Shown here piece by piece: positions 49,653 to 61,500 of a stretch of 64,000 nt of DNA. A program made the translations under genes and the position numbers. The notes beneath the pieces are model-generated. The model ran no database searches. It was not told the origin of the DNA and saw only the letters and a program-made list of their open reading frames with translations. Origin of the DNA: Phoronis australis (lineage: Eukaryota > Animalia > Phoronida); contig NMRA01000001.1 in the NCBI GenBank assembly GCA_002633005.1, positions 901,755 to 965,754 of the forward strand. The letters are read 5' to 3'. How positions within the stretch are numbered: the first letter of the stretch is position 1; each line of letters starts with the position of its first letter.

Positions 49653-51279
49653 TTACTTTATTTGTTTTGTGAATATAAAATGTACAACACATTCCAACAC
49701 GAGGCTTATTTACCCAGGGTGAAGTTGATAAGAAAGTGAATAATGAATAAGAGAGTAATAGTTAATTGTATGTACAATGAATCTTACAATGTGCTGACTG
49801 GAAAGGGGCTGACAAAGCGATGACCAGAGAAAATTTGGGGATAGCTTCCGCCTGGAAGCTCTCGTGGTTGCCAGTCCCTCACAACAGAAACAAAAATGCT
49901 TTGTGCCTTAGCAAAGGTTACCCGAACAAGAAAATCTAGTTTGTCTTTGTTGCCTCTGTCGAGCAAAAGAAATATTTGAAGTTCCAATAATAATTTTGGA
50001 ACATTTCCATAATAACACTTGCGAATAGCGCACATACGTCTATGGTTAAAGAAAGACATTTGATTTACCTGTCCTTAGCCCATTTTCAGGCACTCCAGCA
50101 AAATGCTAACTTGGATGGATAATAAAGGTCGAAAATTTGATTACGTGGTTCCGAAAACAACTACAATCCCGAACTTTAGCTTCCCCCCTCTTACAAAACC
50201 TAATTGGTTTAGAAAACGTGACTTCGAAAGTGGTTTGTTTCCAGAACGTCAGTAATCCCGTCATTATTTTTCGAACTCAACAGGATAACGCTGCCAGGAG
50301 CGTCCTGCTAGTGTGAATTTTTCTCACGTCAAGTGATAATCCGGTGACAACTCATTTTGATGAATTATACCTTGAAATAATTATTTTACCACTGACACTT
50401 TAAACATACACAGTAAATGTTACCTATTCTATACATCAGATTACCGGCTAGAGAACATTAACGTCATTAACAGCGTACCCAGCACGATATTTCTTGAATC
50501 CAGTACTTCATCGCCTTGTCATAACACTGGCGCTTATTTTATAATCTCGTGTGTTTTAATATAAAACAAATTCTCATCATCAGCAACACTTGGCTTGTAC
50601 CTATACATAAATATCCATTAATCAAGTGTTTTCTTGGAGGAAATCGGAAATGAAGGTACTAAATCTTGGGCAATACTTTTCCCACCTATATTAAGCGATA
50701 AGCTTGCGGCTGGGTTGTAACTGTAGTAAACAAAAGGCACGCGTTGTCTGATGGGGAAACTGTCCATTTAACTGATTAAATACAGACAATCTCGTGTCAC
50801 CTGTCGCCGCCATTTTTCAAAAGACTTAAGTATCGTTATTTCAGCCAACCTTAATACTTGCGATATTAGATAGATTTAATGACAGTCAAGGCTTAAACGG
50901 ACAGTGAAGTTTAAAACTAATGGTTCAAACAATGAAAAAACGAAATTCAGTGAAAATCTTAGAAGATGGAGCTCATAAATAAAAATTGCTCCTCAACGTA
51001 TACTTGTAAAGGCAACTTCATTGCTTAAAATTGTCGTGTACGTTCATCAATAGCTGACGCATTTTTTTAGAAATGTTTATCGATAAATACTCCACAGTGG
51101 AAGAAATTGCTGGGAAAGTGGAAGTTTTGGGAAGGTTTGGTTTCATTGATGAATTATTTAGTACGCCTGGCGTCTTTTTTATGGCTGTATTTTCAGTTCA
51201 CGGACTACGAGTGGAAATAATTACTGAATAAATTCGCTTTTTGTCTGCGTTTCTATAGTAAACAACAACTTGAAGTTGG

Positions 51280-51880
51280 AGCTTCAACCACGTGATTACA
51301 AAATAACTTCAGACGATGAAAGCAAATGATTTTAGTTATGCACGACTTCATATTTATCACTCAACAAACGTTTGGGGGCATAGTGTGCTTACAGGTGCCG
51401 ATTCAATCTTTTAGAAATCACAAAATTAAGCAGATGGGTTTCACGTCTCTGTAGCAACGCGTGCCATTGATTAAACAATGCTTTCAAATGAGGCATCGTC
51501 TTGACAACGAAAAGTTTTTACATCTTAGGCAACAGATGATACCTCGACGTGCAACTCTGTAAACAATGGACTCGCGCGTGCCACCTGTTTCGGCTCGCGA
51601 GGGGGCGGAGCTTGCCTAACGAGCAAACGCGGGTACTGATTTCTAAATGTTTTATTTGTGATTTGAAATGAATTGTGTAAATTGCAATTTGAGCTTGCAT
51701 TTTCTTATGATGATCACGTTGTAAGGGCCCCAGCACGAGTATGAAAATAATTAACATATTGTAGAAGCTTGAAATTTTGAATTTTTGGACCCTAAAGAAG
51801 CGTCCCAAGCTACGTGTTGCTATATAAACTAAAGTTCAAGCGAAAAATAGCCTGGTCTCTCGGTCCTTGACATATAAACT
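51280..51880 (+). promoter_or_regulatory. INSM proximal promoter
   Basis: TATATAAA at 51821; GC box GGGGGCGGAGC at 51601; E-boxes CACGTG 51289, CAGGTG 51392, CAGATG 51431 and 51533, CACCTG 51582; Sox-like AACAATG at 51474 and 51562; CGCGTGCCA (reverse of TGGCACGCG) at 51458 and 51575. Confidence 0.65.
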
Positions 51881-52021
51881 TTACGCTAACTTGTGCTCTT
51901 TGTAAAATTAAAATTTTGACACAGAAAGAGCTGATTTTACATTACGGTACTGACTGAGTTATCGGCATATTTATTGCTTATCTATTTTATATTTTTATAT
52001 TTTTAACATTTGCATTTAAAA

Positions 52022-53113
52022 ATGCCTCGTGGATTTTTGGTTAGAAGGTACTCCAACATTAGGACCTACTCCTATCGACCGAGAATTAATTCGGATGGCG
52101 AGGATACAGTCAGCGACAGCGGATCAGAAAAAGAATTTCCAACGTGCCATTCGTTGCTGAACTCTCCGGATTCTGGATATGGACAGAGTCCCGTCTCGCT
52201 TCGACTGATGGACAAAGATGACCTTCAAAATCCTGATCAGTCTACGCTTGTTTCAAGACTGGTGAAAGAAAATTTGATTGAGCGGTGTGAAAACAACAAC
52301 ATTATTTCCATGTCTCCGGGAAAACATTGCGAAAAAGTGAGATTTGGAATTGTTGGAAAAAGTACCGCAAAACCGAAAGCGGCAAGAAAAATATCCTTTG
52401 AAGAAGACCTGACATCGCCTGTTTCGGGAACCGTTATTCGTCCCCTCGGCGAAAATGGAGATAACCGTATGAGTGGTGACATCGACAGCAATTCTAACTG
52501 GGTTGACGTATCGCCCGAAGCGCGTTCAGAATTGGCAAAAATCGAAAATAAAATTGGCGACTACGTTTGCATGTTGTGCAAAGAACTCTACGACGACGCG
52601 TTCATGTTAGCCCAGCATAAATGCTCCCGCATCGTTTACGTAGAATACAGGTGTCCGGAGTGTGACAAGGTCTTCAATTGTCCGGCGAATTTGGCTTCCC
52701 ATCGGAGATGGCACAAACCTCGCCTGACAGTCACTTTGAGACCTTCGTCAGACAAAACGACAGCCTTACCGGACGGTCGGAGCGATAGCGCCGATGCAAT
52801 CCAGGATCTGCACCCAGAACCCAATTTCGCCTGCAATGACTGCGGGAAAAGATTCAAACGACAGGCCTATCTACAAAAACACCGCGTCAAACACGAGAAA
52901 ACAAACGGAGTTGGAAAAAACGTTGACAACAAGGAACAGAAATTGAAGACGACAGAAAACGAGTTTAATCTGAACATCCCGTCTAACAACAAATGTCTAA
53001 TGTGCGAATTTTGCCTGGTCAAATTTTTCTCTGCTGAACAGTTAGAAGTTCACTTAGAGAGATTTCACCCGTCAAAGGCAAGGTACGTGTTCGTTTCTGT
53101 TCCCACGTTATAA
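52022..53113 (+). CDS. INSM1: Insulinoma-associated protein (INSM1/nerfin/egl-46 family) SNAG zinc-finger transcription factor, intronless, 363 aa
   Basis: N-terminal SNAG MPRGFLVRR; RKISFEEDLTSPVSG motif; atypical finger YVCMLCKELYDDAFMLAQHKCSRI; diagnostic YRCPECDKVFNCPANLASHRRWHKP; two further C2H2 fingers. Confidence 0.97.
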   Translation: MPRGFLVRRYSNIRTYSYRPRINSDGEDTVSDSGSEKEFPTCHSLLNSPDSGYGQSPVSLRLMDKDDLQNPDQSTLVSRLVKENLIERCENNNIISMSPGKHCEKVRFGIVGKSTAKPKAARKISFEEDLTSPVSGTVIRPLGENGDNRMSGDIDSNSNWVDVSPEARSELAKIENKIGDYVCMLCKELYDDAFMLAQHKCSRIVYVEYRCPECDKVFNCPANLASHRRWHKPRLTVTLRPSSDKTTALPDGRSDSADAIQDLHPEPNFACNDCGKRFKRQAYLQKHRVKHEKTNGVGKNVDNKEQKLKTTENEFNLNIPSNNKCLMCEFCLVKFFSAEQLEVHLERFHPSKARYVFVSVPTL

Positions 53114-54360
53114 CGTGCGTTTGTCTTAGTGATGGGAGTACATTAGGCGTCATGACGTCACAGACGTTTGTTGTCTTTACATTGTTTGTATTTAAATGGC
53201 AACTATTTTGAACTATTTATTAGAAAGTATTGTTATTAGAATATGGAGATTTTCAAGTGCACGTATTATTTATTATTTTGCTGTCATTGTTTATTACCAT
53301 CATGGCGTTTGTTATTTGTAGCAGTCTCCCAAATCATTTGCTAATTAATTCTTACAAGCTGCTCGCGATTTATTCGTAATTTGCTTGACCTAGATAACGG
53401 TTTCGGTATATTTTTGATAGAACGTTACGCGGTTATAATCTGTTTCCCAAATGCTCTTTCATAATTTATTTATACATAGATGTACATCGATAAAGCTGGT
53501 TGAGTCCCGGTTAGTAGTTGTTGATAATTTATTTTGTAAACCGTTGACTTGATATAGTGATCACCTTTTGAGAAAACTCGACTTAACTTATTTAATTTAT
53601 TGCATAGCAAATGTTCATATTGACACTGTTAGAGCATGTCATGTGTATTATGGATTACGGTTGTTTTGTATAATAAAAACGTTCTTGTTAGATATTTTAC
53701 TATCATGTCATCTAAACTTAACGATCGGTGGTAAAGAATACGATAGATTTGTGTATTTGTTTTATCAGTGCCGTTGGTGTTTGCTGATGCTAACAATAAG
53801 CCTATTTTGGCGGATGACACTATTATCTGCGTCTTTCGCTGTGCGTCTGGGTGCCCAAAACATCTGCCCGAGATAGCGATCTGGACAAAGAGAACGTGAT
53901 TAGAAGAATAAACATTTACGTTCTAAATGAATTGCTAGGATAGTACCACAGCAGAGACTAGACGGCTCTGATCTATTCTGGCTGGCGATTGGTCACAGAA
54001 ATGATGTCGAATAACTTAGCAGCGAAGCTTGACCCTTTTAACAAGGACACGGATTGGTGTCCTTGTCAAAGATACTGTACGGCAACTATAATATCTTTGT
54101 ACTCGTCACAATAGTTCTCTTTTACTTTTAATTCCACGTAGATTTCCGCTGTAAACGGCACTGACACATTTACAGTCTCAATGTGCGCATTCACTGGGCT
54201 GTAGTTTGTTCGTAGCATAGACATAGAGATTGTGTCTTTGGTTTGTAGTAAATGCGCTACACTAACGCGACACCTACCAGACTAGTCAATACATGTGACT
54301 TTCTAAGTAAGGTAGTAAAACAATGAATTGCGTTCTCTCTCTCATGTCTATACGTTAAAC

Positions 54361-54396
54361 AATAAAACTGTTTCAATGAGTAAATTCTCAAATAAA
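54361..54396 (+). terminator. Candidate INSM polyadenylation signals
   Basis: Tandem AATAAA at 54361 and 54391 (more proximal ones at 53672 and 53907) after an AU-rich UTR-like tract. Confidence 0.45.
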
Positions 54397-57300
54397 CTTT
54401 GTTAAACTACATTTGAAGACTTATGTCGAAGCAAAGGCATAAAAAGTTTCTTTTGTTAGTGTAGAAAAATAATGAAAAACGCGAATATTTAGCATCAACA
54501 AAAATCTTGAACCAAACAAAAAGTAAAACGGATTTGAAGTAAATTTCCGTAGTAATCCACCCCATGAAGAGTTAGAATTCGACGTTATACAACCTTTTCC
54601 TAATGGAATGCATCGTGTTCAAAGAAGGTTCATGGAATCCAACGTAGAACGCACTGTGAGGGCACTCTTGCTTTGTTGTAATGGAAGACGCTCGTCATGA
54701 CCATAGGCACTGTCAGGAGAACGAGCAATAGTTCACAAAGTGTGGCCATTCACTTCACACGAAATTGTAAATTAAAGTAAATCGTATCTACATGCATAAT
54801 AACTCTAAATGCATACACAATATTCACGGAAGCACGTCTGCCGCCTTCACGTTTTAATTTCAGACTTCCGCCAAAACTGAATTTTGATTTAACTGCTACC
54901 GGCCAAGTGTTCCAGTCATACTCAGAGAAGTAGTGATTTTTTGTCGTTGAAAGAACTAGCAGTCATTCGTCGTGAAATGACTGGCCATGACAAGCTAACT
55001 TACTGAGCATGCGCTCACCGAGGGGAGGGGGTGGGCTCATAGGACTCGAACGAGTCTCCCTATTTGGCGAAGTGGGCAAAAATGTCCGTCTCATAGAAAA
55101 AACTCTGAAAAAAATAGAAAACGTGACAAAGGTCCACTAAAAAGGCAGGAACAACCAAAATTCTGCGAATGCACAATTCATAGCTCTGAATGTACCCCTT
55201 GAATCTTAGTAAATGGTTCACATTCTCAAAAATTCGAGCCCCCCCACTTTTTAGGCTGAGTGCGCGCATGTTGCGCCCCCTGTCGTTCTTTCGAAACGTA
55301 GAAATCACGTGTAAGCTGGGTTAGGAACAAGTTGAGATCAGTTTTATAACGATAATTGGAATCAATCAAAATCATTTTGACGGAAAATGAGTTCATAGTA
55401 GCTTTAACCATTTGAATTTATTCGCGCGGGTTTTCTGCGTCCGTGGTGACAACGGAACATCGAGAAAACAGTGCAGTCACAGTATGAGGCTGCACGTGCT
55501 CTTGTATTCTGTCTTGTATCCAGAGGCCACCTGTGTTGGCGCGCAACTAGGACGATCCTGTTGGAGAATAGAATGACATCTAAAACTATTATCCTGGTAT
55601 TGCAGTCACTTTAGTGGTGGATAAAAGTTTTCAGAGCCTTTGTCCAAGTCTCTGTTTCATTTTGATACCTACTATCTTTTCTCTATTAAAAATTTTTGTT
55701 TTGTAATTGTATATTGTACTAGAATTGTAGTGAGAATTTTTTTATAGTAAGCCCCTGGGTGTATATTCAGAAAAATTTATATTTTTATCTTTCTAGTACT
55801 CCAGATATAAGCCGGGGTGAACTTTTGTAAAAAGCGGGCCTATTCAGTGTAAATAACGTCATTGTGTACGACTGACCCCGTTATAGAACTGAAAAGCAAT
55901 ATGTGTAATTAAGACAGTTTATGGTACCGTTTGTTAAGTTTATTTTGTACATAAGCCAAAGTGCTGAAATAAACAACGTACTAATTCTTATACAGCCTTG
56001 TTGGTTTTGAGTGACATTCGCTGACAATGTTTACTTTCGGAAGCTCTACAAAAGTGCTGAAATTTTTATTGTGGCTACGAAAGTAGGCCCAATACTTTCA
56101 CGATTGAAGTTGTGATAACTATTTATCAGGGCCAGTATTCTACAACTGAAGACAATCAAAGCTCACTCATACGATATTATTGCCAATACACTTATGACCT
56201 CATGGTACCAGCACGGCGTCATTACGAGAAAACATTTAGATTATTTAATAACCCTTATTAATTTCTCAATATTCGGCACCAGGTAATATCTTTCATGCGT
56301 GCTTGCCTTTAGTGTCTTAAATCAGTTTCTTGTAATCGTTACACGTGGCATATGATACATGAAATAGTATGAATTGAGTGTTTATTTCAGTTATTAGAAC
56401 AACACGCAAATTTTAGGAGATGGAACTAAATAAATGCTTTTAAATTAGCTTTTATCCCGTGATAGTTCTTTACAGTGACCTTTCCACGGACCTATGTAAA
56501 GTACGCGTGCGCAAACCAAAATAGTTTCATGGGATGGTGACTTTTCGAAATAAAAAGCAACGCTAGCCCCTTTCCTCGCCACTGTGACGCCGTAGTGGGT
56601 CTCGATTAAACTATGATCATAGACGTATCTGTAGATCTATGAACTAACACCAGCACAGTAAACGCGAAGTATGACTCTGTAGAAGTGCAACCGTGTCCTA
56701 GCGGCACCAATGTGGTAATTCAGTGGTAGATTTAGGACATTATAAGAGGAGCCCAGCCTCAATTTTTGAATGAATATGGGGTTAATATATGTGGACGAGC
56801 GAAGGTTGGGCCCCTGTGGCATTATTTTGCAAATCTGGAGGGACTTAAAAGAAAATAAACACTAGTGGGAGCGTTTTGCACTCACGATTGGCTTCTGCTG
56901 AGAGTGTAAGGAAAAGCCTCCCCCGTAGTCTAGAGTGCATTGACCAGCATTCTCGTCTACTTCAAGATTTGAAAATTTCTTATAAGCATGATGGATACGG
57001 GGTGAAATCACAAACAGTACATGCGCACACATATTAATTAGTTTTCCATTGATATCATATGCATGTAATTTATTTTTGAAGTACTTGGTATTGCTTCCAA
57101 CTAGTACTGATTTAGGGCCTCCCTGGTGGGGCCCGCGTACCCTCCCCCACCTAAAAGGTGGCGACATACCGTGTTCAGAGCTGTCTCAAACGTTTCTCCT
57201 TCAAAAAACGTGGTCGCCCTCTCACCCTCACGACACCGTAGATCCGCTAATTGACTTTTTTAAGGATAGAGACTGAGATATGTGCTATTTACGAAGGATT

Positions 57301-57734
57301 GTGGGATAGCGGTCACCACTGAGCAGCGCCACCTTCAGACGCAAGGGCCAGATTATTTCATTTTAGTAGTTTAGTGGCATCCCAAGCAGGCAGATGCTCA
57401 GTTTATCATAATTACGACTAAACAACTAACATATCCATCGAAAATCATCTGCCAACTCATACCGAGTAAACGATCGCCTGCTCAACGCTTTCTTGATTAG
57501 GAAAACGTAACCCACAAATCAGGTTGGAGTTCAATAACCCTAGTGTCGCTAGAAAAGCAAGATCTCGGGAGATTCCGCGAGATATCGCCGTGTCCTTTTC
57601 AATCAAAGTTCGTGATTTTGACAAGATTTTTCTCATTACGAGACAATTTTTGAACTCTACCCTGTACTCTGTTATGCGCACGCTTCAATTTTCGCTATCC
57701 GGCGCAAACTTGAAAGGTCAGAGTAATTAGTAAA

Positions 57735-58515
57735 TATAGATTATTACATGGCGAAGTCGTTATACCCCGTTATCTAGAGCCCTCGTGGATTTTGTAGAAT
57801 TATCGCCCGAGGGGCGTTAGCCCCGATGGTGATAATTCTCCAAAATCCACGTGGGCTCTAGATAAGGGGGATAACGACTGAGAACAAGTAATAATCTATT
57901 TATAGAATACTTAAATGAGCACGCGCAATAATCGCAAGTTCAACAAACCGCATTGTACTGTACTTATACGCTACGAAAAATAAGACACATAATTTCCATA
58001 ACAATGATATCTTAATTCAGTGAAATTTTTCTCTCATGTCCTCTTACTTGTAAATCACCGATCTCCAGTTTGAATGCGGGTATCGTGTCGTCAGGATCTT
58101 TGACTTGAGAATTATATTCAGTTACCAGTGGTAACCTACTTTAGCAGACGATAATTTCCCGGTCGAAGCTTAGCGTGATAAAAACGTGTTTTAAGCTATA
58201 ATAGTTGCTTAACCTTAATTTAGAGATTCACATCATTTCTATTTTGTTTAAATTTCTAATTGGTTTTGAGTATAAGCATTATTTGACAAAAATAGCTCGG
58301 CTTTTCTTAAAAGGTCACGACCTCCAACCCCGGGCCTCTGACATAGAAAGTAGTTACAAATCCGAGGCGAGTCGAGAAAGGTAGATCGATTCATTGCAAT
58401 GTTTCTCGTTTAGTATGTGGTATAAATAGATTATTACATGTTCTCAGCCGTTATCCCCCGTTAGTTCGGGCTCTAGCTAACGGGGGATAACGACTTCGCC
58501 ATTTAATAATCTATA
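57735..58515. mobile_element. Non-autonomous element with TIRs in which each end is itself a long hairpin
   Basis: tatagattattacatggcgaagtcgttatacccc ... ggggataacgacttcgccatttaataatctata; internal inverted copies at ~57860-57904 and ~58421-58460. Confidence 0.8.
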
Positions 58516-61500
58516 TATATCTGTGTCTCTATAGATATTGTTCAAAGTATTTCGCCACGATTTGATTAGCACAACTAGAGTACAGACAAATTTGCTGCCG
58601 TTACCGAATTTTAGAAACCTTAAAACGTTTCTCGGGCTAGTCCTAGTAATTTGAGCCTCTACCCGGGCCGTCGCAATTTTCCGCTAATCTCACAATTTTC
58701 GAACTGCCTCTGCCCCGGTCGCCAAAAGTTTTAACCTATCCCCGCTCGTCACTATTTACCCATTCCCCATGACGACAGAAGTTTCGAAGGACTTGAGGCT
58801 ACGAGTCCCTATTTTGTGTGGGTCCCTGAGTTGCAGTTTAGTTTGTTTAATGCCCTGCTGTGCCTGTGGTATTGGTTACCAATATCCTTGGCCATTTACA
58901 AAGACAACCGACAAGTCTGCTATACATAAACGAAAATTACGATGAGTGCGGGGACTTTGGCAGTTTCCAATAATTTTCTAATCAGGGGAAATAAATTAAG
59001 CTAGTTGCACGGAAATAAAGGGGCTACCTGGATGGTGTGGATGAACTGACAGTATCGATTTTGTAAGATAAGTGACAGAGGCGATTTTATCAATATAAGG
59101 CATGGCAAATATGAAATTTACGGGACAAAAATAACGGCGGCCGGCGACGGGAAAATCGGTGAGGACTGAGTGGTTGTGAATTAGCGACCACCAAAGGGTG
59201 TGGGAACAGTTTTTTATTTCATTTGTTTCATTACACATCGTAAAGCCAGGCTCGGTCCACATCGGCCTTTCGACTTTTCGCCCAAGAGGCCTTGATGAAC
59301 AAAGCACAATAAAAATACAAAATACATTTAAAGATAAGATATATCATGTAAGATGTCTCAAAAATGTACACCAAAGCAGGCTACGCTAACAAATCAGTGC
59401 CCTAAAAGTGTCTAACTCTGAATCTATAATCTCTCAGTTTTATGAACCTCAAAATTCGCTGTGCAAGGCATGGAAATTAGGAATTGGCTACACATGACCC
59501 TAGTTCACTACTTTGATACTTTGGTGGCGCTGCAAAAAGTGATTGTTGTGTATTGTTGTTTAGGACGCAAAGCCTCGTTTTATCATCAATTTTAACAACG
59601 TAAACGTGAAACCTCGCACGTTCCAAATATGCAGAACGGTTTGTAGTTTGGACACAACGCCTCGTTTTCAAGCATAATGGCGAATTGGCCTATCGCCAAG
59701 ATTATGACTGACGGCTTAACTGACCAATCCGAACACAGCATTCTTGACACACCTACGTCTGTGTTTCCAAGCCTCTATTTTACCCCACAAACAGCATCGT
59801 TTTCGGTAAAGTTATTTTTTTAGTCTATAGTTCAAAAAATTGTGCGATAAGAATGGTAAAACGGTGTTGATATGGCGTGTGCAATTCTGAAAGCCGTCAT
59901 ACAGCTCGAGAAGAACATCCCGTCATTTTCGGGCATTCCCTAAGCCGAAAAGTGTTGTCGACAGTGTGAACGATGGATCAAGGCTATGTGGACGGCCACA
60001 CGAGCAGCTAAACTTGGCAATGTTTGCTGGATTACTCGAGGGTTAAACCCAAACATATTTGTTAAAAGATACGTACTTTTCAGTTTGGTGGCTATGCAGT
60101 AATACTATCTGATTTTGACTCCGGAGTTTCACTAGTCTCACTGGGGCGCCTTTGTCTCGGCATCTGCTGAATCCCAGCATTAGTCTAGCGGCCCGGAAAG
60201 TTGTTTTTAAGGACATTTTTATTATTTTTCATATATTTCGACCTATAATGGACATCCTTCTGTTTCGTAGCACAGGTACATTTTTTGTTATACATATACC
60301 CATAGGCTGGCGTTCAGCTGAACTTCTCACCAAAATTGACAGATTCGATCGGCACTCAGGGAGGCACTAGCACCTAGATTACTGAACTCAAAGCCTCATT
60401 CGAGCTGTTGTCATGATAAAATAAACAGTTTAATTACTTTTTGATGAGAACCTCTAGTATACACTACGCCTATAGAGTAGGTGCTCAAACACGATACTTG
60501 GATTTATGAAGCTTTAAAAAACAATTTTAGTTATTTTTGTGAATGGCCACTTTTTGCCACTTCACCAGACTTGTCACCTTTTGTTACCATACCACAGCTT
60601 AGTGATCATGCTACGTTTAAAATTAAGTGAAAACTACCTTCATGCAATGAAACTACAAAAAATATGAAGTTCATCAGAAGGTTGGCCTAACTTAAATGTA
60701 TTTATGGTGCACTCACTAAGGCTAATTCCATGCATTAGTTTGACTTTTGGACACAGCCCTAGACCTACCGGAGGTAACTGCTTGCCTAGGATAAGATGAG
60801 TACTGTATGTGCCTGAGCTATGAACCGGATTTTTTAATCAAAATATTTCGATCGAATATTAAAAAAGTGTATACAGTGCTATCGACTCGATCTACTTTAC
60901 TCGGGGAATCCTATCAATTGTGACCTACTTTTCATTTGGCGGAATTTAGCAGACGGCAGAATAAAAATATCAGCAAATTTTCGTTGATTTTGCTCGAAAT
61001 AACCTGAAATTCATGGCATCGTACAGATAATTGGACTTTAAGGTACATGCCCACATTTAAATAAACATATCGCATCAGTGGCCTTGTCAGTTTTCAAGTG
61101 AAGGTGAACCCCGTGTACTGAGGGTTCTTCGGATTTTCGCTGGCTCCGAAATACTTTTCCTCGAACACTACAAATTCCCAAATCATGGACGTACGATTCT
61201 CAGCTGAAAAGTATCGCCTGTTGTCGTTGTCCAAGCGTTTTCGGAAAGTGCAAAAACATTCATTGATTCCACCAGGAACATCATTTAGCGACAGTGTATT
61301 TGCCTCCGACATCTTGTTGTTTGTCGGGTGTCACGTGACTTTTCGCAAGGGGGCGGAGCTTGTGATAGGTCAATTCTTGCAAGTAGTGAATTGCAGAATG
61401 ATGGCACGCGCTTAATCTTTGACCTGGACAACTGGTTCTCTCAGTAGGAGTGTTTACATGATCCACAGAATAAGCACTTCTCCGTCGACCACTGAGTCCT

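Noticed and set aside
49209-49739. Long poly-Ile/Leu/Asn ORFs on both strands
   Set aside because: Artefacts of the trinucleotide microsatellite.
52010-52021. ORF-track start (TTG) for the INSM gene
   Set aside because: The SNAG domain must be at the extreme N-terminus; the real start is ATG at 52022 (MPRGFLV).
53390-53398. CTAGATAAC, complementary to the middle of miR-9
   Set aside because: Only 9 nt and no seed pairing; likely chance.
54680-54950. miR-7-like fragments (ATGGAAGAC at ~54681; TAGTGATTTTTTGTCGTT at ~54931)
   Set aside because: The two pieces are 250 bp apart, with no intact mature miR-7 sequence or precursor hairpin.
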